In this document: in pieces, positions 11,927 to 24,425 of the stretch
Numbering within the stretch: the stretch's first letter is position 1
Layout: each line of letters starts with the position of its first letter
DNA from: Mobula hypostoma
Taxonomy: Eukaryota
NCBI RefSeq assembly: GCF_963921235.1
Contig: NC_086101.1
Span: forward strand, 7,504,001-7,568,000
DNA length: 64,000 nt
Direction: 5' to 3'
Program-made: the position numbers and the translations under genes
Notes under the pieces: generated by a model
Seen by the model: only the letters and a program-made list of their open reading frames with translations
Databases searched by the model: none
What the model was told of the DNA's origin: nothing

Positions 11927-12222
11927 GCCATCCATTAGTCTTGTGAGATCATGGATTTGTGCCTTGGAAGGTTTCCAGGGCGCATGCCTGGGCAAGGTTG
12001 TATGGAAGACCGGCTGTTGCCCATGCTGCAAGTCTTCCCTCTCCACACCACCGATGTTGTCCACTAGGGCCGATAAAGATTGGCACCGGTGTCGTCGCAG
12101 AGCAATGTGTAGTTAAGTGCCTTGCTCAAGGACACAACACACTGCCTCTGCTGAGGCTCGAACTAGCGACCTTCGGATCACTGGACCGACGCCTTAACCA
12201 CTTGGCCACGCGCCAATATTTA
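11927..12222 (-). mobile_element. tRNA-derived SINE with RTE-like tail
   Basis: A box TGGCCAAGTGG, B box AGTTCGAGCC, core gtgtccttgagcaaggcacttaa; flanking direct repeat aataaaccaata. Confidence 0.8.
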
Positions 12223-13310
12223 AATAAACCAATACCAATATCTACCAATACATCAATAAACCAGTATCCATAGGTGGTCAGATATCCAGGTGTGGGTACT
12301 CAGCTAACTATTTAGGAAACTTTGGGAAAGTTGCCATTGACAATGCTAAGCGCCCTTCATATGAGGCGCTCCTAACAAATATCTCGGATGGGTGGAAGAG
12401 TGACTTAAATGATCACCCCTCAATCAGAGATATTTATGAGGAGCATTGCTTATGCAGGGCCCGTAGCATTGTCAGTGATCCCTCCCATCCGTCCAACAAT
12501 CTCTTTGTCCTCCTACCATCAGGCAAGAGGTACCACAGTGTTATGGCAAGAACTGTTAGGATGGGAAACAGCTTCTCCCCCACCCCAACCCCCAGACCGT
12601 GAGACTTCTGAACTCCCTGCGACACTCAGGATTCATGCCAGTAGCATTATACCATTTACTTTTTAAACTTATGTTGTAAATGCACCTTATTATTTGTTGA
12701 TTTATTAGTGGTAATATTACCTTTGTGTTGTGTGTGAACTATACGTACTGTATTGTGCACCTTAGTCCTGAGGAATGTTGTTTCATTTGGCGGTATATAA
12801 GTACATACTTGACTGGCAATGAACTAAAACTTAAACTTGAACAAACTTTTCCCTGTACCTGGTACATGTGACAATAGTAAACTCCAATACCCACCAATAA
12901 GTCAGTAAACACAGATGGTCAGATATCCAGGAGCAAGTATTCAGACAGCCAACTGGTCTGAAAAGAAATCATTTTGCTCCCTTTCACACGCATGCGATAT
13001 TTAACACCCACTTCCAGATATCCACAGGCACGCACACCTAGAGATCCACACCTGCACTCAGGTAACTGTACTCACTGAGATACCTGCACACCCAAGTGGC
13101 AGCTCACACACTCAGGTACCACATATACACACTCACAAAGCCACACTTACACATTTAGATATATAAATTTACAAATGTTTTGATCCACAGACATTGTCTT
13201 AGATACCTCTCACACACCCCTCTCTCCCTCTCCGCCCCCCATTCCCCCTTACATTACGTACACGTGCAAAAACATCACATGTGACGTGTGCTCCTACATA
13301 CCACACTCAC

Positions 13311-14487
13311 TTTGCAGAATTTGCAGATGACACAAAGCTGGGAGGCAGTGTGAAATGTGAGGAGGATGTTATGAGAATGCAGTGTGACTTGGACAGGATG
13401 GGTGAGAGGGCAGATGCATGGCAGATGCAGTTTAATGTGGATAAGTGTGAGGTTATCCACTTTGGTGGCAAGAACAGGGAGGCAGATTACTATCTGAATG
13501 GTGTCAAGTTAAGAAAAGGGGAAGTACAACGAGATCTTGGTGTCCTTATTCATCAGTCAGTGAAAGTAAGCATGCAGGTACAGCAGGCTGTGAAGAAAGC
13601 TAATGGCATGTTGGCCTTCATAACAGGGGAGTTGAGTATAGGAGCAAAGAGGTCCTTCTGCAGTTGTACAAGGCCCTGGTGAGACCACACCTGGAGTACT
13701 GTGTGCAGTTTTGGTCTCCAAATTTGAGGAAGAACATTCTTGCTATTGAGGGAGTGCAGCGTAGGTTCACGAGGTTAATTCCCCGCATGGCGGGACTGTC
13801 ATATGTTGAAAGATTGGAGCGACTGGGCTTGTATACACTGGAATTTAGAAGGATGAGAAGGGATCTGATTGAAACATATAAGATTATTAAGGGATTGGAC
13901 ACGCTAGAGGCAGGAAGCATGTTCCCGATGTTGGGGCAGTCCAGAACCAGAGGCCACAGTTTAAGAATAGGGAGGGAGGGAACGTCGACTCAGACCATGA
14001 GAGGCCTGCGTCGGGCATTTTAATGCCTTACAAGGCGCAGACTGGAAGTCTGTGTGGGGCGCCACTCCTCACACAGACACTAGAGCAATGTGTGATTAAG
14101 TGCCTTGCTCAAGGACACAAACACGCTGCCACAGCTGAGGCTCGAACTAGCGACCTTCAGATCACTAGATGAACACCTTAACCACTTGGCCACATGCCCA
14201 ACACAAGAATAAGGGGTAGGCTATTTAGAACGGAGTTGAGGAAAAACTTTTTCACCCAGAGAGTTGTGGATCTGTGGAATGCTCTGCCTCAGAAGGCAGT
14301 GGAGGCCAATTCTCTGGATGCTTTCAAGAGAGAGTTAGATAGAGCTCTTAAAGATAGTGGAGTGAAGGGATATGGGGAGAAGGCAGGAATGGGGTACTGA
14401 TTGTGGACGATCAGCCATGATCACAGTGAATGGTGGTGCTGGATCGAAGGGCCAATTGGCCTACTCCTGCACCTATTGTCTATTGTC
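13311..14487 (+). mobile_element. CR1 LINE 3' part interrupted by a SINE
   Basis: FADDTKLGG, VRPHLEYCVQFWSP; frame resumes after 14205. Confidence 0.9.
13970..14204 (-). mobile_element. tRNA-derived SINE nested in CR1
   Basis: Same head as 11927-12222 but different tail; 7-bp TSD aagaata (13963-13969, 14205-14211). Confidence 0.8.
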
Positions 14488-15006
14488 TCTCAGACACCGC
14501 CCCCCCCACACATACACACACACACACACGTGTACACGCACAAACATACATACTATACTGACATACACATACTAGTGGCGATTTTAACTCTGGGACACCC
14601 TGTGAAGTGAGTGATGTCTCACAGCACAGAAGCAGAACATACAGGCCCACAGATCTGCGCCTGCTCCTGCTCCAGTGAGAAGTAGACTGTGTGGGTGCCT
14701 GAACGCCTTTGTAGGCGCAGTTCTTGTGTGCATGACGTGTGTGTGTCCGCAGATCAGACAGCATCTGCGGAAAGAGAAGCACGGTAAATGTTTCAGATCG
14801 AAAACCATGCCTCAAAATGAAGCAAATTAAAGCCAACTTGTTCTTCCTCTTTCCTACTTCTGAAGAAAAGTTTTCAACCCTCCACATCATGTCCCAGTCT
14901 TTGTTTGTGTACAGTTTTTCATAAATTCTATTGTATATCTTTATTTTCCTGTAAATGCCTGCATTAAGCTGATTTTCAAGATAGCAGGTGGTAACATATA
15001 CTACCT

Positions 15007-15130
15007 TGTCCTGATGAAGGGTCTCGGCCCAAAAGGACAACTTTTATTCCTCTCCATAGATGCTGCCTGACCTGCTGAGTTCCTCCAGTGTTTTGTGTGT
15101 GTTACTTTGGATTTCCAGCATCTCTTGTGT
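15007..15130 (+). mobile_element. Penelope 3' terminal repeat fragment with degenerate hammerhead
   Basis: gtc.ctgatga.agggtctcggccc.aaaa followed by the family tail. Confidence 0.65.
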
Positions 15131-15234
15131 ATATGGGTAACATTGATATTAAATTTACTTTGACTTTGACATTAACTCCACTACCCTTTGTATAAATGCT
15201 GCATAACGTTCAAAGTTCAAAGGTCAAAGCTTAC

Positions 15235-15384
15235 CTTTGAATGATCTAATCCTTTCCACCAGGAAGCCAGCCTCCTCGATGATTTTATCTTCAATGGACC
15301 TCTTGCCCATTCCGAAATCCCGCAGAGTTGAGAGCATGAACCTTCGCATCTGTTTCCACGGCTCTCCGTTGGACCAAACCACGC
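15235..15384 (-). CDS. CYP2: CYP2 exon 3 (150 nt)
   Basis: ttgcag|[39 protein letters not shown]...FK G|gtaagc; WxxxR motif. Confidence 0.95.
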
Positions 15385-15479
15385 CTGCAACCAGATTAGA
15401 GAGCTTGTCAGTCCTGCACATCCAGCCTTGGTGGCTCAGAGTGATCAAAGATCTTGGGCTGAATACTGTTTGATAGACG

Positions 15480-16470
15480 ATTCAATCAAATCAAAGGTCA
15501 AGGGGCAACTGTGTTCGCCATGTACGGTTACATGTATGAGGAATTTGTTGTGCTGCGTTGGTCAGGGTGCGACATGCAACCAAATAACAACATTCAACAA
15601 TTATAAAGAGTAAATAATTATAGAAAACTTAAAGTTAGCGGTTCAAGGAAGGATATGGAATAAAACGTGTGTAAATACATAAATACTGGTGTGTATTTAA
15701 AATGCGAACAGCATTACACAAAGTGATTTAATGTGTTTACAGTGCAGTGACAGGGGTAACGAATAGAGGCCGGTGCGGGTGGGGGCTAAGTAGAATGCTT
15801 GATCAGATTAACTGCGTGGGGGAAGAAACTTTGTGTGAGATTTTTTTTCTTAATAGCCCTATAGAGCTTTCCAGAAGGAAGCTCTTTTGGAAAAGGCAGT
15901 TTGCAGGGTGGCTAGTGTCCTCAAAGACTTTTCCTGCCCACTTCTTTGTGCTGAACACACACAAGTCTGGCAGTGATGGTCGACTGCAGTCTTTTCTGCT
16001 GACCTGACAGTTCACTGTAGTGCTTGTACACTGTGAGAGGGTACTACACCAAACCAGACTGTAGGGGCTGATGTGAGGATGCTCTGTGATGGCAGTGTAG
16101 AATTGCACCAGGATGTTTTAGGGATGATGAGAAGATACTGCACCCAAACCAGACAGTAATGATTGAGCAACACACATAAAAAATGCTGGTGAACGCAGCA
16201 GGCCAGGCAGCATCTATAGGAACAGGTACAGTTGACATTTCAGCCTATTGTACCTCTTCCTATAGATGCTGCCTGGCCTGCTGCATTCACCAGCATTTTT
16301 TATGTGTGCTGCTTGAATTTCCAGCAACTGCAGGTTTCCTGGTGGTAATGACTGACGTGAGGATGCTCTCTGTGATGGAGGAGTGGAATTGCACCAGTAC
16401 GTTCTGGGGAAGATGGAAATTTACCAACTGCTGCAAGAAGTGCGTCCTCTCCTGAGGCTTTTGGCTAAGG
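15480..16470 (-). mobile_element. Rex1/L2-type LINE fragment containing a fold-back insertion (16167-16344)
   Basis: Peptides ITESILTSVIT/ITVWFG and DTSHPANCLFQ; 11-bp TSD around the insertion. Confidence 0.7.
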
Positions 16471-16971
16471 AAGGAGATATCGTTTCCCCACAAGGTCGTA
16501 CATGAGGAATGCCACCTCAGAACCAATGTGCAGACACCACCACGTTGCCTGTTTAACACAGACAATCCAATTTCTTGGCAAGTACAGCACTGCACAGGAA
16601 GAGGGCATTCAGTCCTTTGTGTTGTACTAACTCCTTGTTTGAACTTCCTTTAATTCTACACCCAAATTCTGCTCTCCCAGGGCCCCGAACAATTTATTTA
16701 ACAAGCATTTATCAAAATATCCCTTAAAGATAATTGTTCATCCCACAACGCGCTGCAGTTTATAACAACTCAAATGATTTTTCTTGGACAGATTTCCGAA
16801 TCAGAATTAGAATCAGGTTTATTAGTCTGCCGTTAAATTTGTTGTTCTGCAGCACCAGTACATTTCAACCATTAAAAAAAATGACTATAGGTCACAATAA
16901 GAGATAAGGGCCAAGAAATAGTGCATAAAGTGAGCAAAATAGTGACGTAGTATTCATGGGTTAAATTAAAT

Positions 16972-17458
16972 TATTAGATTAGATTAGATTATGAGGACAC
17001 GCAGTCCTCTTTTATTGTCATTTAGTAATGCATGCATTAAGAAATGATACAATGTTTCTCCAGAATGATATCACAGAAACACATGACAAACCAACTGAAA
17101 AACTGACAAAAACCACATAATTATAAAATATAGTTACAACAGTGCAAAGCAATACCGTAATTGGATAAAGAACAGACCATGGGCACGGTAAAAAGTCTCA
17201 AAGTCCTGATAGCCCATTATCTCACGCAGACGGTGAACCTCCAGCACCGCCAACTTGCCGATGCAGCATCCTGGAAGCATCCGACCACAGTCCGACTCCG
17301 AGTCCGTCCGAAAACTCCGAGCCTCTGACCAACTCTCTGACACCGTGCACCAAGCACCACCTCTGCCGAGCACTTCGACCCCAGCCCCGGCAACAGGCAA
17401 TAGGCAAAGCCGAGGAGTTGGGGCCTTCGTCTCCGGAGATTCTCGATCGCACAGTAGC
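16972..17458 (-). mobile_element. Non-autonomous LINE-dependent repeat, truncated copy
   Basis: High similarity to 19544-20174 and 22430-23072; (AATCT)n tail. Confidence 0.75.
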
Positions 17459-17939
17459 TCATGATCCATTTAGAAATCTGATGGTGGAGGGGAAGAAGCT
17501 GTTTCTAAAATGTTGAGTATGGATCTTCAGGTTTCTGTACCTCCTCCCTGATGGCAGCAATGGGAAGAGGGTGTGTGCTGGATGCTTAAATTCTGTTGAA
17601 GTGGGTTTACTTCATTCTCTCTTCACCCACCTTCCATCAGGCAGAAGATACAAAAGCCCAAAAGCACATACCATCAGGCTCAAGGGCAGCTTCCACCCCA
17701 ATGTTTTAAGACTATTGAACAGTTCCCTAAAATGGCCTCTTGTTCTCACAATCCACCTCATTGCAACCTTACACCATATTGATTGCCTGCACTGCACTTT
17801 CTCTGCAATTGTAACACTTCATTCTGCATTCTGTTGTTGTTCTCCCTTGTTCTACCTCAATGCACTGTGTAGTGATTTGATCTGTGTATATGAAGTATGT
17901 AAAGTATTGGTTAATGACAGTAATAGTAATAATAATTAA

Positions 17940-18865
17940 AAATATATCAAAAGCAATAAATACTTTTGCAATACCCATGTTAGCATATTCTTTTGGCATA
18001 ATATCTTGGTCCAAAACCGATCAGGAAAATGTATTAAGAAATGAAAACACTCTGTACACCCAAACACACTTAGCTTAACGTTACCTAAGACAGAAGGGGG
18101 ACGAGGAAGAACAGACCCTAAAAATTTACACAACAGTTGGATAAAACATCTAAGGATGTATTTTCATCAATGAAAACAGGATTCAGCACTCCACATGAGT
18201 ATATTCAATTCTGATAAGAAGTACACGTCACTAAACTTAAATGAGGCCCAAACCAGAGAAATGACTATTATGTCTATTGAAGAAAAGGTTAACCAATGGA
18301 AGACCATGGCCCTCTGTGAAAGACGTCGCCATGATCTGAGCAGACTGGATGTCGACGTGGAAGCATTGAGCGCCTGGCTCAGAGCTGGAGACCTCTTCAC
18401 AGGCACAGAGTGTTCCTTGTGGCAATACAGGACCAAGAGATTAACACAAAAAACATCAAAACTACCTAATAAAATACCAAGAAATTCAAGGGGATAAATG
18501 CAGAAAATGCCAGGAGAAATCAGAAGCAGTCCAACACATTACAGGATCCTGTAGCAGTTTAACTCAATCTGATTGCTTACACAGGCGCAAGTGGCAAACA
18601 TAATTTACCAAAATCTTACTTTAAGATTCAAACTCATAAAAAAAACCATACCTTACTATAAATACAAGCCTGATCTAATTTTAGAGCTTACGTTCTACAA
18701 ATTATATTATGACTGATCCATTATTACAAATAGTACAATCATAACAATGGTCTGGATATAATATTACAAGGAAGAACAACTCACTTAATAGATTTAACCA
18801 TTTAAAACACATATAACATACAGAAATCATTAAGTAAAAAACACCAGAAATATGCTGAATTTTAA
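17940..18865 (+). mobile_element. R4/Dong-clade (RLE) non-LTR retrotransposon fragment
   Basis: KAINTFAIPMLAYSFGIISW, LP.TEGGRG, SAWLRAGDLF..TE, CRKC...VQHITGSC zinc knuckle; frameshifted. Confidence 0.7.
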
Positions 18866-19319
18866 AAATTGATTATTTTACTTACTTATTTAGAGATATA
18901 ACGCGGAACAACGAGTCCCGCAACCCAGCGACACACCTATTTAATTCTAGCCAAATCACAGGACAATGTACAATGACCAATTAACCTACTAACTGGTCTG
19001 ACTTTGGACTGTGGGAGGAAACTGGAGCACCCGGAGGAAACCCACACACATGGGAAGAAGGTACAAATTTTCTAACAGAGGACGTCGGAATCGAACTCCG
19101 AACTCCAATTTCCTGAGCTGTAATAGTGTTGTGCTAACCACTGTGTCCCAGATTCCAGTCATTTGCAGTCTCATTTGTCTGCATACATTGGGATTGGAAT
19201 TGGTTTAATATAATCAGGTATACCAAGGTACAGACAAAAGCTTTTGTTTGTGTGTCATCCAGACAGATCTTTCCATACATGAGTACTATACTGTGGTTGG
19301 GTGCTTCCAATGCATCGAC

Positions 19320-20276
19320 AGTTGTCAGTGCCTGGAGGTTTATGACAGAGAGAGTTTCTCCCTTCTGCCGCCTGTTATCGGGGACTATCAGGAGTCGATC
19401 GGAACTTTGAGACTTTTTTTTACCATTCCCATGGTCTGCTCTTTATCAAATTATGGTATTGTTTTGCACTGCTGTTACTATATGTTATAATTATGTGGTT
19501 CTGTCAGTGTCAGTCTTTGGTTTGTCCTGTTTTTTTGTGATATATATGATTATGAGAACACGCAGTCCCCTCTTATTGTCATTTAGTAATGCATGCATTA
19601 AGAAATGATACAATGTTTTTCCAGAATGATATCATGAGAACGCATGACAAACCGACTTAAAAACTAACAAAAACCACATAATTATAACATATAGTTACAA
19701 CAGTGCAAAGCCATACCGTAATTTGATAAGAACAGACCATGGCACAGTAAAGGTCTCAAAGTCTCTCGAAAGTCCCATCATCTCACGCAGACGGTGAACC
19801 TCCAGCCGCCAACTTGCCGATGAAGCATCCTGGAAGCATCCAACCACAGTCCGACTCCGAGTCCGTCCGAAAACTCCAAGCCTCCGACCACCTCTTCGAC
19901 ACCGAGCACCATCTCTGCTGAGCGCTTTGACCGTGGCCCCAGCAACAGGCGATAGGCAAAGCCGAGGATTTGGGGCCTTCGTCTCCGGAGATTCTCGATC
20001 CCACAGTAGCAGCGGCAGTGAAGCGGGCATTTCAGAAGTAACTCCGGATGTTCCTCCGTGCTTCTCACGGCTGTCTCCATCAAATCCGGATTGTGTATGG
20101 CACCCTAGTTACTCGTAATCGATATTCATTCGGAACGGCAGCGTGCGCTGCGTCGCACTGCCATCTTCTCCTCATGATATCACTCCAGAGGAACATTGTA
20201 TCATTTTTAATGCATGCATGCATTTCTAAATGACAATAAATGAGGACTGGATGTCCTCATAATCTAATCTAATCTA
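19320..20276. mobile_element. Non-autonomous repeat (plus) with a complete related copy (19544-20174, minus) nested inside
   Basis: Host resumes after the insertion; TSD tgatat at 19538-19543 and 20175-20180; inner copy starts ggagaagatggc. Confidence 0.75.
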
Positions 20277-20339
20277 TATGGTGGCAAAAAAGTAAACAGT
20301 TTATCAAGGTGTAAGACAGGGAAACAGAATGTAAAGAAC

Positions 20340-20610
20340 ACACACTGGACACTTTATTAGGTACGACTGCACGTTAGTGGAAATATCTCATCAGCCAATC
20401 ATGAGGCAGCAACTCAATGCCTAAAAGCACACGGACATGGTCAAGAGGTTCAGCTGTTGTTCAGACTGAATATCAGAATTGGGAAGAAATGAGATCCAAG
20501 TGACTTTACCATGAAATAATTGTCAGGGCCAGATGAGTTTGAGTATCACAGAAACTGCTGATCTCCTTGGATTTTCACTTACAGAAAATGGTGCGAGAAA
20601 CAAAGAAAAA
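20340..20610 (+). mobile_element. Non-autonomous Tc1-like DNA transposon remnant (related copies near 29795-30058 and 39990-40425)
   Basis: Shared end cactttattaggtac / cagtggccact and atcagccaatcatg.ggcagc. Confidence 0.6.
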
Positions 20611-20629
20611 GAGAGCTAGCAGTAGTAAA

Positions 20630-21235
20630 TCAAGGCAACTGGACTTGCTGTGTTGTGTAGAGGATGATTCACCACTCATCCGAGAGGCTTCTTCAGTTCT
20701 GATCCATGGCGGGGAGTTTTCTGGCTTGTAAGCTTGGTGAGTTGTTTATAGGTATAGCAATCACTTGAGGGCTGTTTAGAGTCACAGAAGTAATGAGGGT
20801 GTCACTAATCTTATCTTTGCATGAATGGAGGTGTGGACTGTAGTGGAGATGCCAGGGTAGAGGTGTTAGGACTGTATTGTAAGTAGCTGACTGGTGGTGT
20901 CGTACCCCACCCTCTCTGTTCAGGGGTGGGTTTTCAGTTTGACAAAGATGGTTTCTTTAACCCTTCTTTCAAACCACCTGTCCTCCCTGACCACAATGTG
21001 CACATGGTTGCCATCAAAGGAGTGACCCTTGTCCTTTAGGTGTAGATTATACAGCCGGCTCTTGACCTGAGATGTTAGCTGTCCTACGCTGGGCCATCTG
21101 TTTGGGAAATGGTTGTTTTGTCTCACCGATATACAGTTCTCATTGCATTGGATATGCTTACGTATGGGTTTAGAATCCTTGGAGTGGCTGAGTTTCTGGT
21201 CTTGAGTGTATTTGTAGGTTTGAAAGAGGGGTTAT
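20630..21235 (-). mobile_element. Penelope-like element (second family): GIY-YIG C-terminus plus 3' UTR
   Basis: LHLKDKGHSFDGNHVHIVVREDRWFERRVKETIFVK and FKPTNTL; hammerhead-like motif at the 3' end. Confidence 0.75.
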
Positions 21236-24200
21236 AAGCCATCTTTGTCAACACTACCTGCCCCTCCACTAATCTTCGTATCATTTGCAAACTTGGTAAG
21301 AAATCCATCTGTTCCATCATCTAATTCCTTGATATATAGCATAAAAAGAATCGGTTTCAACACCAACCCCTGCGGAATATCACTAGTCACTGGCAGCCAA
21401 CCAGAAAGGGATCCTTTTATTCCCACTCACTGCCTCCTACCAATCAGCCAATGTTCTAACCATGTTAGTAACTTCCCTGTATTACCACGGGCTCTTAACT
21501 TGGTAAGCAGCCTCATGTGTGAAACATTGTCAAAGGCCTTCTGAAAGTCCAAATATATAACATCCACTGCATCACCTTTGTCTATCCTACTTGTAATCTC
21601 CTCAAAGTATTCCAACAGGTTTGTCAGGCAGGATTTTCCCTGAAGGAAACCATGCTGACTTTGTACTATCTTGTCCCGTGTCACCAAGTACTACATGACC
21701 TCATCCTTAACAATTGACTCTAACATCTTCCCAACCACTGAGGTCAGGCTAACTGGTCTCTAGTTTCCTTTCTGCTGCCTTCCTCCTTTCTTAAAGAGTG
21801 CAGTGACTTATGTACCCTTAGGTCTTTCAGCATTTTTGAGCAACTTCTCCCTTGTAATAGTAACTGCACTCGCTTCTCTTCGCTCACACCTTTCAACATC
21901 TGGCACACTGCTGGTGTCTTCCACAGTGAAGAGAAAACACTCATTTAGTTAATCTGCCATCTCCTTATCCCTGGTTATTATTTCTCCAGCCTCATTTACT
22001 AACAGTCTTATATCCACTCTCATTTCTCTTCTATTTTTTTTACATATACTTAAAAAAGCTTTTAATATCCACTTTGATATTGTTTCTAGCTTGCTTTCAT
22101 ATTTAATCTTTTCCCTTCTAAAGATTCTTTTAGTTACTCACCATAGGTTTTTATCTTCCCGCTAATTTTTGCTTTGTTTTGTTTTTACATTAGCTTTGAC
22201 TTCCCTTATCAGCCACTTAGGAATTTCTTTGTTTTTGGAATACATATGTCCTGCTCTTCTCACCTTTCTCAGAAACTCAGACCATTGCTGCTCTGCTGAC
22301 ATCCCTGCCGGCATCTCCTTCCAATTTACTTTGGCCAACTCCTCTCTCAAACCTCTGTAATTTCCTTTACTCCACTGAAATACTTAACTTTCTTCCTATC
22401 AAATTTCAAGCTGAGCTCAATCATATTATTATTATTATGATTATGAGGACACACAGTCCTCTTTTATTGTCATTTAGTAATGCATGCATTAAGAAATGAT
22501 AAAAATGTTTTTCCAGAATGATATCACGAAAACACATGACAAACCAATTTAAAAACTAACAAAAACCACATAATTATAACATATAGTTACAACAGTGCAA
22601 AGCAATACCGTAATTTGATAAGAACAGACCATGGCTCAGTAAAAGTTTCAGAGTCTCTCGAAAGTCCCATCATCTCACGCAGACGGTGAACCTCCAGCGC
22701 CGCCAACTTGCCGATGCAGCATCCCGGAAGCATCCGATCACAGTCCAATTCTGACTCCATCCGAAAAACTCTGAGCCTCCGACCACCTATTCGACATTGA
22801 GCACCGAGCACCATCTCTGCCGAGCGTTTCGACCCCGGCCCCGGTAACAGGCGATACGCAAAGCCAAGGATTTGGGGCCTTCCCCTCCGGAGATTCTCCA
22901 TCGCACAGTAGCAGCGGCAGTGAAGCAGGCATTTCAGAAGTTACCCCAGATGCTCCTCTGCGTTTTCACGGCTGTCCCCATCAAATCCGGATTGTACATG
23001 GCACCCCTAGTTACACATATCGATATTCATTCGGAACGGCTGCGCGCGCTGTGTGGAGCTGCCATCTTCTCCATCTGCATGATCGCTGGCTCATAAATGC
23101 TCTTTTACCTTAAGCTCCTTAATCACTTCCAGTTCATTACATAATTCCCAATCCAGTCTAGCTGATCCTGTAGTCGGCTCAACAACAAACTGCTCTAAAA
23201 AGCCATTTTATAGGCATTCAACAAACCCAGTCTCGAGAGATTCCCTTCCTACCTGATTTTCCCAATTGACCTATACATTAAAATTTCCCATGACTATCAT
23301 AACATTGCCCTTTTGACACGTCTTTTCTGTTTCCTGTTGTAACCTGTGGTCCACCTCCCAGCTAATGTTGGGAAGCCTGTATATAACTGCATCAGGGTAG
23401 TTTTACCCCTGTGGTTTCTTAACTCAACCCACAAGGATTCAACTTCTTGCGATCCTATGTCACATCTTTCTACTGATTTGATGCCATTCTTTGCCAGCAG
23501 AGACATGCCACTACCTCTGCCTACCTTCCTATCCCTCTAATACAACGTGTAACCTTGGACATTCAGCTCCCAACTACAACCATCCTTCAGCCATGGTTCA
23601 GTGATGGCCCCATCATCATGCCTGACAATCTGTAATAGTACAAGATCATCCACCTTATTTCTTATGCACATTGAGATATCACACTTTCAGTGCTGTATTT
23701 GCTATCCTTTTTGATCCTGCGTTCCTAATGTACTGTAACTCACCCTGCTGGCTGGAATTATGTCCTATGATCTGTTTGCCCTTCCTGGCAGTCTGACTGC
23801 CGGCTATCTTTGCATTTTTACCATCCACCCTACCCTCAGTCCCTTCAGGGTACCCATCCCCTGCTAAATTAATTTAAACTCTCCCAAACAGCTCTAAGAA
23901 ACCTGCCCTCGAGAATTTTTGTCCCCCTAGGGTTCAGGTGCAACCTGTCACTTTTGTACAGGGTCGTACTTCCCCAGAAGAAATCCCAATGAGCAAAGAA
24001 CCTGAAGCCTGCCCCCTGCACCAGCTTCTCAGCCACACATCTATCTGCCAAATCATCCTGTTTCTACCCTCACTAGCGCGTGGCACAGGCAGCAATCCAG
24101 AAATTACTATCCTCGAGCTCCTGCTTCTCAGCTTCCTGCCTAGCTCTCTAAATTCTCCTTTCAGGACCTCATTTCCTTTCCTTCCTCGGTCATTGGTACC

Positions 24201-24425
24201 AATATGTACCAAGACATCTGACTGCTCTCCCTCCCTGTCTAAAATGCTGCGGACACGATCTGGCACCTGGGAGGCAACATACCATCCGGGTGTCCCGTTC
24301 ACGTCCACAGAATCTCCTGTCTGTTCCTCTGGCGATTTAGTCCCCTGTCACTGCCACTCCCCTCTTCTCCCCCTTTACGTTCTGCATCACGGACCCATAC
24401 TCAATGCCAGTAACCTGGTCTCCAT
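21236..24425 (-). mobile_element. Degenerate CR1 LINE sequence (ORF1 esterase, APE, RT)
   Basis: VLVHIGTND / VISGLLPVP (SGNH-like ORF1), ESLWVEL, QHGFLQGKSCLTNL, FANDTK; interrupted at 22430-23072. Confidence 0.85.
22430..23072 (-). mobile_element. Non-autonomous LINE-dependent repeat, full copy nested in CR1
   Basis: Near-identical to 19544-20174. Confidence 0.75.

Noticed and set aside
12140..12215. tRNA gene (also 4370-4443 and 14130-14200)
   Set aside because: A and B boxes are present, but they continue into SINE bodies with tails and TSDs; no complete cloverleaf was found.
12349..12370. Small hairpin agcgcc..ggcgct
   Set aside because: Too short, expected by chance, and without supporting context.
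17134..23096. Three similar short ORFs (ESPETKAP...) as a gene family
   Set aside because: They are copies of one non-coding repeat, and the frames are not conserved between copies.
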